In this document: positions 53,460 to 64,000 of the stretch, piece after piece
Position numbering within the stretch: position 1 is the first letter of the stretch
How the letters are laid out: the number at the start of each line of letters is the position of its first letter
NCBI GenBank assembly: GCA_964016885.1
Contig: CAXHJY010001551.1
Location: forward strand, 1-64,000
Direction: 5' to 3'
DNA from: Eledone cirrhosa
Taxonomy: Eukaryota
DNA length: 64,000 nucleotides
The notes under the pieces: generated by a model
Databases searched by the model: none
Seen by the model: the letters and a program-made list of their open reading frames with translations, nothing else
What the model was told of the DNA's origin: nothing
Made by a program: the position numbers and the translations under genes

Positions 53460-56400
53460 CTAAGCTATCCTAAGCTAAGCTAAGCTAAGCTATCCTAAGC
53501 TAAGCTAAGCTATCCTAAGCTAAGCTAAGCTAAGCTGTCCTAAGCTAAGCTAAGCTAAGCTATCCTAAGCTAAGCTAAGCTAAGCTATCCTAAGCTAAGC
53601 TAAGCTATCCTAAGCTAAGCTAAGCTAAGCTATCCTAAGCTAAGCTAAGCTAAGCTATCCTAAGCTAAGCTAAGCTAAGCTATCCTAAGCTATCCTAAGC
53701 TATCCTAAGCTAAGCTATCCTAAGCTATCCTAAGCTAAGCTATCCTAAGCTATCCTAAGCTAAGCTAAGCTAAGCTATCCTAAGCTAAGCTAAGCTAAGC
53801 TATCCTAAGCTAAGCTAATCTAAGCTATCCTAAGCTAAGCTAAGCTAAGCTATCCTAAGCTATCCTAAGCTAAGCTATCCTAAGCTAAGCTATCCTAAGC
53901 TATCCTAAGCTAAGCTATCCTAAGCTATCCTAAGCTAAGCTATCCTAAGCTAAGCTATCCTAAGCTATCCTAAGCTAAGCTATCCTAAGCTATCCTAAGC
54001 TAAGCTATCCTAAGCTTAGCTAAGCTAAGCTAAGCAAACCTAAGCTAAGCTATCCTAAGCTAAGCTAAGCTAAGCTATCCTAAGCTAAGCTAAGCTATCC
54101 TAAGCTATCCTAAGCTAAGCTATCCTAAGCTAAGCTATCCTAAGCTAAGCTATCCTAAGCTATCCTAAGCTAAGCTATCCTAAGCTAAGCTCTCCTAAGG
54201 TAAGCTATCCTAAGCTATCCTAAGCTAAGCTATCCTAAGCTATCCTAAGCTAAGCTAAGCTAAGCTAAGCTCTCCTAAGCTAAGCTAAGCTAAGCTATCC
54301 TAAGCTAAGCTAAGCTAAGCTAAGCTAAGCTATCCTAAGCTAAGCTAAGCTAAGCTACCTAAGCTAAGCTAAGCTAAGCTATCCTAAGCTAAGCTAAGCT
54401 AAGCTATCCTAAGCTAAGCTAAGCTAAGCTCTCCTAAGCTAAGCTAAGCTAAGCTATCCTAAGCTAAGCTAAGCTTTCCTAAGCTAAGCTAAGCTAAGCT
54501 ATCCTAAGCTAAGCTAATCTATCCTAAGCTAAGCTAAGCTAAGCTATCCTAAGCTAAGCTAAGCTAAGCTATCCTAAGCTAAGCTAAGCTAAGCTATCCT
54601 AAGATAAGCTAAGCTAAGCTATCCTAAGCTAAGCTAAGCTAAGCTATCCTAAGCTAAGCTAAGCTATCCTAAGCTAAGCTAAGCTAAGCTATCCTAAGCT
54701 AAGCTAAGCTATCCTAAGCTAAGCTAAGCTAAGCTATCCTAAGCTAAGCTAAGCTAAGCTATCCTAAGCTATCCTAAGCTAAGCTATCCTAAGCTAAGCT
54801 ATCCTAAGCTATCCTAAGCTAAGCTATCCTAAGCTAAGCTAAGCTAAGCTATCCTAAGCTAAGCTAAGCAATCCTAAGCTAAGCTAAGCTAAGCTATCCT
54901 AAGCTAAGCTAAGCTAAGCTATCCTAAGCTAAGCTAAGCTAAGCTATCCTAAGCTAAGCTAAGCTAAGCTATCCTAAGCTAAGCTAAGCTAAGCTATCCT
55001 AAGCTAAGCTAAGCTAAGCTATCCTAAGCTATCCTAAGCTATCCTAAGCTAAGCTAAGCTAAGCTATCCTAAGCTAAGCTAAGCTAAGCTATCCTAAGCT
55101 AAGCTAAGCTAAGCTATCCTAAGCTATGCTAAGCTATCCTAAGCTAAGCTAAGCTAAGCTATCCTAAGCTAAGCTAAGCTAAGCTAAGCTATCCTAAGCT
55201 ATCCTAAGCTAAGCTATCCTAAGCTAAGCTAAGCTAAGCTATCCTAAGCTAAGCTAAGCTAAGCTATCCTAAGCTAAGCTAAGCTAAGCTATCCTAAGCT
55301 AAGCTAAGCTAAGCTATCCTAAGCTAAGCTATCCTAAGCTATCCTAAGCTAAGCTAAGCTAAGCTAACCTAAGCTAAGCTATCCTAAGCTAAGCTATCCT
55401 AAGCTAAGCTATCCTAAGCTAAGCTAAGCTAAGCTATCCTAAGCTAAGCTAAGCTAAGCTATCCTAAGCTAAGCTAAGCTATCCTAAGCTAAGCTAAGCT
55501 AAGCTGTCCTAAGGTAAGCTAAGCTAAGCTATCCTAAGCTAAGCTAAGCTAAGCTATCCTAAGCTAAGCTAAGCTATCCTAAGCTAAGCTAAGCTAAGCT
55601 ATCCTAAGCTAAGCTAAGCTAAGCTATCCTAAGCTAAGCTAAGCTAAGCTATCCTAAGCTATCCTAAGCTATCCTAAGCTAAGCTATCCTAAGCTATCCT
55701 AAGCTAAGCTATCCTAAGCTATCCTAAGCTAAGCTAAGCTAAGCTATCCTAAGCTAAGCTAAGCTAAGCTATCCTAAGCTAAGCTAAGCTAAGCTATCCT
55801 AAGCTAAGCTAAGCTAAGCTACCCTAAGCTATCCTAAGCTAAGCTATCCTAAGCTAAGCTATCCTAAGCTATCCTAAGCTAAGCTATCCTAAGCTATCCT
55901 AAGCTAAGCTATCCTAAGCTAAGCTATCCTAAGCTATCCTAAGCTAAGCTATCCTAAGCTATCCTAAGCTAAGCTATCCTAAGCTAAGCTAAGCTAAGCT
56001 AAGCTAACCTAAGCTAAGCTATCCTAAGCTAAGCTAAGCTAAGCTATCCTAAGCTAAGCTAAGCTAAGCTATCCTAAGCTATCCTAAGCTAAGCTATCCT
56101 AAGCTAAGCTCTCCTAAGGTAAGCTATCCTAAGCTATCCTAAGCTAAGCTATCCTAAGCTATCCTAAGCTAAGCTAAGCTAAGCTCTCCTAAGCTAAGCT
56201 AAGCTAAGCTATCCTAAGCTAAGCTAAGCTAAGCTAAGCTATCCTAAGCTAAGCTAAGCTAAGCTACCTAAGCTAAGCTAAGCTAAGCTATCCTAAGCTA
56301 AGCTAAGCTAAGCTATCCTAAGCTAAGCTAAGCTAAGCTCTCCTAAGCTAAGCTAAACTAAGCTATCCTAAGCTAAGCTAAGCTTTCCTAAGCTAAGCTA

Positions 56401-59400
56401 AGCTAAGCTATCCTAAGCTAAGCTAATCTATCCTAAGCTAAGCTAAGCTAAGCTATCCTAAGCTAAGCTAAGCTAAGCTATCCTAAGCTAAGCTAAGCTA
56501 AGCTATCCTAAGCTAAGCTAAGCTAAGCTATCCTAAGCTAAGCTAAGCTATCCTAAGCTAAGCTAAGCTAAGCTATCCTAAGCTAAGCTAAGCTATCCTA
56601 AGCTAAGCTAAGCTATCCTAAGCTATCCTAAGCTATCCTAAGCTAAGCTAAGCTAAGCTATCCTAAGCTAAGCTAAGCTAAGCTATCCTAAGCTAAGCTA
56701 AGCTAAGCTATCCTAAGCTAAGCTAAGCTAAGCTATCCTAAGCTAAGCTAAGCTAAGCAATCCTAAGCTATCCTAAGCTAAGCTATCCTAAGCTAAGCTA
56801 AGCTAAGCTATCCTAAGCTAAACTAAGCTAAGCTAACCTAAGCTAAGCTAAGCTAAGCTATCCTAAGCTAAGCTATCCTAAGCTATCCTAAGCTAAGCTA
56901 AGCTAAGCTAACCTAAGCTAAGCTATCCTAAGCTAAGCTATCCTAAGCTAAGCTATCCTAAGCTAAGCTAAGCTAAGCTATCCTAAGCTAAGCTAAGCTA
57001 TCCTAAGCTAAGCTAAGCTAAGCTATCCTAAGCTAAGCTAAGCTAAGCTATCCTAAGCTATCCTAAGCTAAGCTATCCTAAGCTAAGCTATCCTAAGCTA
57101 TCCCAAGCTAAGCTATCCTAAGCTAAGCAAAGCTAAGCTATCCTAAGCTAACCTATCCTAAGCTAAGCTATCCTAAGCTATCCTAAGCTAAGCTATCCTA
57201 ATCTATCCTAAGCTAAGCTATCCTAAGCTATCCTAAGCTAAGCTATCCTAAGCTATCCTAAGCTAAGCTAAGCTAAGCTATCCTAAGCTATCCTAAGCTA
57301 AGCTATCCTAAGCTAAGCTATCCTAAGCTAAGCTATCCTAAGCTATCCTAAGCTAAGCTATCCTAAGCTATCCTAAGCTAAGCTATCCTAAGCTATCCTA
57401 AGCTAAGCTAAGCTAAGCTATCCTAAGCTAAGCTAAGCTAAGCTCTCCTAAGCTAAGCTAAGCTAAGCTATCCTAAGCTAAGCTAAGCTTTCCTAAGCTA
57501 AGCTAAGCTAAGCTATCCTAAGCTAAGCTAATCTATCCTAAGCTAAGCTAAGCTAAGCTATCCTAAGCTAAGCTAAGCTAAGCTATCCTAAGCTAAGCTA
57601 ATCTAAGCTATCCTAAGCTAAGCTAAGCTAAGCTATCCTAAGCTAAGCTAAGCTAAGCTATCCTAAGCTAAGCTAAGCTAAGCTATCCTAAGCTAAGCTA
57701 AGCTAAGCTATCCTAAGCTAAGCTAAGCTATCCTAAGCTAAGCTAAGCTAAGCTATCCTAAGCTAAGCTAAGCTAAGCTATCCTAAGCTAAGCTAAGCTA
57801 AGCTATCCTAAGCTATCCTAAGCTATCCTAAGCTAAGCTAAGCTAAGCTATCCTAAGCTAAGCTAAGCTAAGCTATCCTAAGCTAAGCCAAGCTAAGCTA
57901 TCCTAAGCTAAGCTAAGCTATCCTAAGCTAAGCTAAGCTAAGCTATCCTAAGCTAAGCTAAGCTAAGCTATCCTAAGCTATCCTAAGCTAAGCTATCCTA
58001 AGCTAAGCTAAGCTAAGCTATCCTAAGCTAAGCTAAGCTATCCTAAGCTAAGCTAAGCTAAGCTATCCTAAGCTAAGCTAAGCTAAGCTATCCTAAGCTA
58101 AGCTATCCTAAGCTATCCTAAGCTAAGCTAAGCTAAGCTAACCTAAGCTAAGCTATCCTAAGCTAAGCTATCCTAAGCTAAGCTATCCTAAGCTAAGCTA
58201 AGCTAAGCTATCCTAAGCTAAGCTAAGCTAAGCTATCCTAAGCTAAGCTAAGCTATCCTAAGCTAAGCTAAGCTAAGCTGTCCTAAGCTAAGCTAAGCTA
58301 AGCTATCCTAAGCTAAGCTAAGCTAAGCTATCCTAAGCTAAGCTATCCTAAGCTAAGCTAAGCTAAGCTATCCTAAGCTAAGCTAAGCTAAGCTATCCTA
58401 AGCTAAGCTAAGCTAAGCTATCCTAAGCTATCCTAAGCTATCCTAAGCTAAGCTATCCTAAGCTATCCTAAGCTAAGCTATCCTAAGCTATCCTAAGCTA
58501 AGCTAAGCTAAGCTATCCTAAGCTAAGCTAAGCTAAGCTATCCTAAGCTAAGCTAATCTAAGCTATCCTAAGCTAAGCTAAGCTAAGCTATCCTAAGCTA
58601 TCCTAAGCTAAGCTATCCTAAGCTAAGCTATCCTAAGCTATCCTAAGCTAAGCTATCCTAAGCTATCCTAAGCTAAGCTATCCTAAGCTAAGCTATCCTA
58701 AGCTATCCTAAGCTAAGCTATCCTAAGCTATCCTAAGCTAAGCTATCCTAAGCTTAGCTAAGCTAAGCTAAGCTAACCTAAGCTAAGCTATCCTAAGCTA
58801 AGCTAAGCTAAGCTATCCTAAGCTAAGCTAAGCTATCCTAAGCTATCCTAAGCTAAGCTATCCTAAGCTAAGCTATCCTAAGCTAAGCTATCCTAAGCTA
58901 TCCTAAGCTAAGCTATCCTAAGCTAAGCTCTCCTAAGGTAAGCTATCCTAAGCTATCCTAAGCTAAGCTATCCTAAGCTATCCTAAGCTAAGCTAAGCTA
59001 AGCTCTCCTAAGCTAAGCTAAGCTAAGCTATCCTAAGCTAAGCTAAGCTAAGCTAAGCTAAGCTATCCTAAGCTAAGCTAAGCTAAGCTACCTAAGCTAA
59101 GCTAAGCTAAGCTATCCTAAGCTAAGCTAAGCTAAGCTATCCTAAGCTAAGCTAAGCTAAGCTCTCCTAAGCTAAGCTAAGCTAAGCTATCCTAAGCTAA
59201 GCTAAGCTTTCCTAAGCTAAGCTAAGCTAAGCTATCCTAAGCTAAGCTAATCTATCCTAAGCTAAGCTAAGCTAAGCTATCCTAAGCTAAGCTAAGCTAA
59301 GCTATCCTAAGCTAAGCTAAGCTAAGCTATCCTAAGATAAGCTAAGCTAAGCGATCCTAAGCTAAGCTAAGCTAAGCTATCCTAAGCTAAGCTAAGCTAT

Positions 59401-62400
59401 CCTAAGCTAAGCTAAGCTAAGCTATCCTAAGCTAAGCTAAGCTATCCTAAGCTAAGCTAAGCTAAGCTATCCTAAGCTAAGCTAAGCTAAGCTATCCTAA
59501 GCTATCCTAAGCTAAGCTATCCTAAGCTAAGCTATCCTAAGCTATCCTAAGCTAAGCTATCCTAAGCTAAGCTAAGCTAAGCTATCCTAAGCTAAGCTAA
59601 GCAATCCTAAGCTAAGCTAAGCTAAGCTATCCTAAGCTAAGCTAAGCTAAGCTATCCTAAGCTAAGCTAAGCTAAGCTATCCTAAGCTAAGCTAAGCTAT
59701 CCTAAGCTAAGCTAAGCTAAGCTATCCTAAGCTAAGCTAAGCTAAGCTATCCTAAGCTAAGCTAAGCTAAGCTATCCTAAGCTATCCTAAGCTATCCTAA
59801 GCTAAGCTAAGCTAAGCTATCCTAAGCTAAGCTAAGCTAAGCTATCCTAAGCTAAGCTAAGCTAAGCTATCCTAAGCTATGCTAAGCTATCCTAAGCTAA
59901 GCTATGCTAAGCTATCCTAAGCTAAGCTAAGCTAAGCTATCCTAAGCTATCCTAAGCTAAGCTATCCTAAGCTAAGCTAAGCTAAGCTATCCTAAGCTAA
60001 GCTAAGCTAAGCTATCCTAAGCTAAGCTAAGCTAAGCTATCCTAAGCTAAGCTAAGCTAAGCTATCCTAAGCTAAGCTATCCTAAGCTATCCTAAGCTAA
60101 GCTAAGCTAAGCTAACCTAAGCTAAGCTATCCTAAGCTAAGCTATCCTAAGCTAAGCTATCCTAAGCTAAGCTAAGCTAAGCTATCCTAAGCTAAGCTAA
60201 GCTAAGCTATCCTAAGCTAAGCTAAGCTATCCTAAGCTAAGCTAAGCTGTCCTAAGCTAAGCTAAGCTAAGCTATCCTAAGCTAAGCTAAGCTAAGCTAT
60301 CCTAAGCTAAGCTAAGCTATCCTAAGCTAAGCTAAGCTAAGCTAAGCTAAGCTAAGCTATCCTAAGCTAAGCTAAGCTAAGCTATCCTAAGCTATCCTAA
60401 GCTATCCTAAGCTAAGCTATCCTAAGCTATCCTAAGCTAAGCTATCCTAAGCTATCCTAAGCTAAGCTAAGCTAAGCTATCCTAAGCTAAGCTAAGCTAA
60501 GCTATCCTAAGCTAAGCTAAGCTAAGCTATCCTAAGCTAAGCTAAGCTAAGCTACCCTAAGCTATCCTAAGCTAAGCTATCCTAAGCTAAGCTATCCTAA
60601 GCTATCCTAAGCTAAGCTATCCTAAGCTATCCTAAGCTAAGCTATCCTAAGCTAAGCTATCCTAAGCTATCCTAAGCTAAGCTATCCTAAGCTAAGCTAA
60701 GCTAAGCTATCCTAAGCTAAGCTAAGCAATCCTAAGCTAAGCTAAGCTAAGCTATCCTAAGCTAAGCTAAGCTAAGCTATCCTAAGCTAAGCTAAGCTAA
60801 GCTATCCTAAGCTAAGCTAAGCTAAGCTATCCTAAGCTAAGCTAAGCTAAGCTATCCTAAGCTAAGCTAAGCTAAGCTATCCTAAGCTATCCTAAGCTAT
60901 CCTAAGCTAAGCTAAGCTAAGCTATCCTAAGCTAAGCTAAGCTAAGCTATCCTAAGCTAAGCTAAGCTAAGCTATCCTAAGCTATGCTAAGCTATCCTAA
61001 GCTAAGCTAAGCTAAGCTATCCTAAGCTAAGCTAAGCTAAGCTATCCTAAGCTATCCTAAGCTAAGCTATCCTAAGCTAAGCTAAGCTAAGCTATCCTAA
61101 GCTAAGCTAAGTTAAGCTATCCTAAGCTAAGCTAAGCTAAGCTATCCTAAGCTAAGCTAAGCTAAGCTATCCTAAGCTAAGCTATCCTAAGCTATCCTAA
61201 GCTAAGCTAAGCTAAGCTAACCTAAGCTAAGCTATCCTAAGCTAAGCTATCCTAAGCTAAGCTATCCTAAGCTAAGCTAAGCTAAGCTATCCTAAGCTAA
61301 GCTAAGCTAAGCTATCCTAAGCTAAGCTAAGCTATCCTAAGCTAAGCTAAGCTAAGCTGTCCTAAGCTAAGCTAAGCTAAGCTATCCTAAGCTAAGCTAA
61401 GCTAAGCTATCCTAAGCTAAGCTAAGCTATCCTAAGCTAAGCTAAGCTAAGCTATCCTAAGCTAAGCTAAGCTAAGCTATCCTAAGCTAAGCTAAGCTAA
61501 GCTATCCTAAGCTATCCTAAGCTATCCTAAGCTAAGCTATCCTAAGCTATCCTAAGCTAAGCTATCCTAAGCTATCCTAAGCTAAGCTAAGCTAAGCTAT
61601 CCTAAGCTAAGCTAAGCTAAGCTATCCTAAGCTAAGCTAAGCTAAGCTATCCTAAGCTAAGCTAAGCTAAGCTACCCTAAGCTATCCTAAGCTAAGCTAT
61701 CCTAAGCTAAGCTATCCTAAGCTATCCTAAGCTAAGCTATCCTAAGCTATCCTAAGCTAAGCTATCCTAAGCTAAGCTATCCTAAGCTATCCTAAGCTAA
61801 GCTATCCTAAGCTATCCTAAGCTAAGCTATCCTAAGCTAAGCTAAGCTAAGCTAAGCTAACCTAAGCTAAGCTATCCTAAGCTAAGCTAAGCTAAGCTAT
61901 CCTAAGCTAAGCTAAGCTAAGCTATCCTAAGCTATCCTAAGCTAAGCTATCCTAAGCTAAGCTCTCCTAAGGTAAGCTATCCTAAGCTATCCTAAGCTAA
62001 GCTATCCTAAGCTATCCTAAGCTAAGCTAAGCTAAGCTCTCCTAAGCTAAGCTAAGCTAAGCTATCCTAAGCTAAGCTAAGCTAAGCTAAGCTATCCTAA
62101 GCTAAGCTAAGCTAAGCTACCTAAGCTAAGCTAAGCTAAGCTATCCTAAGCTAAGCTAAGCTAAGCTATCCTAAGCTAAGCTAAGCTAAGCTCTCCTAAG
62201 CTAAGCTAAACTAAGCTATCCTAAGCTAAGCTAAGCTTTCCTAAGCTAAGCTAAGCTAAGCTATCCTAAGCTAAGCTAATCTATCCTAAGCTAAGCTAAG
62301 CTAAGCTATCCTAAGCTAAGCTAAGCTAAGCTATCCTAAGCTAAGCTAAGCTAAGCTATCCTAAGCTAAGCTAAGCTAAGCTATCCTAAGCTAAGCTAAG

Positions 62401-63840
62401 CTATCCTAAGCTAAGCTAAGCTAAGCTATCCTAAGCTAAGCTAAGCTATCCTAAGCTAAGCTAAGCTAAGCTATCCTAAGCTATCCTAAGCTATCCTAAG
62501 CTAAGCTAAGCTAAGCTATCCTAAGCTAAGCTAAGCTAAGCTATCCTAAGCTAAGCTAAGCTAAGCTATCCTAAGCTAAGCTAAGCTAAGCTATCCTAAG
62601 CTAAGCTAAGCTAAGCAATCCTAAGCTATCCTAAGCTAAGCTATCCTAAGCTAAGCTAAGCTAAGCTATCCTAAGCTAAACTAAGCTAAGCTAACCTAAG
62701 CTAAGCTAAGCTAAGCTATCCTAAGCTAAGCTATCCTAAGCTATCCTAAGCTAAGCTAAGCTAAGCTAACCTAAGCTAAGCTATCCTAAGCTAAGCTATC
62801 CTAAGCTAAGCTATCCTAAGCTAAGCTAAGCTATCCTAAGCTAAGCTAAGCTATCCTAAGCTAAGCTAAGCTAAGCTATCCTAAGCTAAGCTAAGCTAAG
62901 CTCTCCTAAGCTATCCTAAGCTAAGCTATCCTAAGCTAAGCTATCCTAAGCTATCCCAAGCTAAGCTATCCTAAGCTAAGCTAAGCTAAGCTATCCTAAG
63001 CTAACCTATCCTAAGCTAAGCTATCCTAAGCTATCCTAAGCTAAGCTATCCTAATCTATCCTAAGCTAAGCTATCCTAAGCTATCCTAAGCTAAGCTATC
63101 CTAAGCTATCCTAAGCTAAGCTAAGCTAAGCTATCCTAAGCTATCCTAAGCTAAGCTATCCTAAGCTAAGCTATCCTAAGCTAAGCTATCCTAAGCTATC
63201 CTAAGCTAAGCTATCCTAAGCTATCCTAAGCTAAGCTATCCTAAGCTATCCTAAGCTAAGCTAAGCTAAGCTATCCTAAGCTAAGCTAAGCTAAGCTCTC
63301 CTAAGCTAAGCTAAGCTAAGCTATCCTAAGCTAAGCTAAGCTTTCCTAAGCTAAGCTAAGCTCAGCTATCCTAAGCTAAGCTAATCTATCCTAAGCTAAG
63401 CTAAGCTAAGCTATCCTAAGCTAAGCTAAGCTAAGCTATCCTAAGCTAAGCTAATCTAAGCTATCCTAAGCTAAGCTAAGCTAAGCTATCCTAAGCTAAG
63501 CTAAGCTAAGCTATCCTAAGCTAAGCTAAGCTAAGCTATCCTAAGCTAAGCTAAGCTAAGCTATCCTAAGCTAAGCTAAGCTATCCTAAGCTAAGCTAAG
63601 CTAAGCTATCCTAAGCTAAGCTAAGCTAAGCTATCCTAAGCTAAGCTAAGCTAAGCTATCCTAAGCTATCCTAAGCTATCCTAAGCTAAGCTAAGCTAAG
63701 CTATCCTAAGCTAAGCTAAGCTAAGCTATCCTAAGCTAAGCCAAGCTAAGCTATCCTAAGCTAAGCTAAGCTATCCTAAGCTAAGCTAAGCTAAGCTATC
63801 CTAAGCTAAGCTAAGCTAAGCTATCCTAAGCTATCCTAAG
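53460..63840 (+). repeat. About two further tandem copies of family X (as at 1-5.6 kb)
   Basis: CTAC deletions at 54355/56264 and 59088/62117 (cf. 1921/3825). CTAAC-CTATC signature at 57148 and 63001 (cf. 1 and 4814). An extra ~1.12-kb duplication lies inside (CAATC 59602/60727, CTACC 60552/61672). Confidence 0.8.
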
Positions 63841-64000
63841 CTAAGCTAAGCTTAGCTATCCTAAGCTAAGCTAAGCTATCCTAAGCTAAGCTAAGCTATC
63901 CTAAGGTAAGCTAAGCTAAGCTATCCTAAGCTAAGCTAAGCTATCCTAAGCTAAGCTAACTTAAGCTATCCTAAGCTAAGCTAAGCTAAGCTATCCTAAG

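Larger units (their letters stand above)
1..64000 (+). repeat. Compound pentameric satellite array [(CTAAG)n CTATC]m; minus strand (TTAGC)n-TTAGG-ATAGC
   Basis: Every line consists of CTAAG and CTATC pentamers with scattered point variants (CTAAC, CTATG, CTCTC, CTTTC, CTAAT, TTAAG, CCAAG and others). No unique sequence and no strand switch seen. Both monomers are 40% GC. The array extends past both window edges. Confidence 0.99.

Noticed and set aside
63001-63400. Window start recurs at an offset of exactly 63000
   Set aside because: The copies differ further on (CTCAG 63361 and CTAAT 63451 versus CTATG 561 and CTATA 676), and the same signature occurs at 4814, 42407 and 57148. The round number is best treated as coincidence.
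1-64000. Protein-coding ORFs
   Set aside because: TAA (plus strand) and TAG (minus strand) recur with a 5-bp period and cycle through all frames. The few ATGs from CTATG variants are followed by a stop within a few codons.
1-64000. CRISPR array or other repeat-spacer system
   Set aside because: There are no unique spacers, and no cas or other genes. All variation is monomer order and point variants.
1-64000. Deliberate binary code or synthetic data-storage DNA
   Set aside because: Shared point variants, nested duplications with drifting offsets and domain structure fit natural satellite evolution. No adapters, indices or fixed-length frames are visible.
1-64000. Canonical (TTAGG)n telomere or G-quadruplex array
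   Set aside because: TTAGG is essentially never tandem and is separated by ATAGC/TTAGC. There are only GG doublets 10-25 bp apart and no GGG tracts.
1-64000. GATA-factor binding array from GATAG on the minus strand
   Set aside because: The context is GGATAG, not the WGATAR consensus, and a short motif inside a satellite is not evidence of regulation.

Overview
The whole 64-kb window is one uninterrupted, single-orientation simple-sequence satellite, most likely eukaryotic heterochromatin (centromeric, pericentromeric or subtelomeric), and it runs off both ends. It is built from two 5-bp monomers, A = CTAAG and B = CTATC, arranged as (A)n-B with n mostly 1-4 and at most about 7. This gives 10/15/20/25-bp units, with AAAAB and ABAAB (both 25 bp) very common. 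The minus strand reads (TTAGC)n TTAGG ATAGC, so each B-A junction contains the arthropod telomeric pentamer TTAGG. I see no genes, RNA genes, transposons or CRISPR arrays. The informative structure lies in the A/B order and in rare variant monomers, which act as barcodes. They reveal nested kb-scale duplications (offsets of about 1.1, 1.25, 1.5-1.9, 2.3-2.5, 3.1, 3.4, 4.8, 5.6, 8.578, 22.7 and 52.4 kb) and a compositionally distinct domain at about 5.65-10.5 kb. All 15 phase shifts I found are 1-bp deletions. Offsets were read by eye from marker positions, and block boundaries are approximate. I cannot identify the organism or the satellite family.
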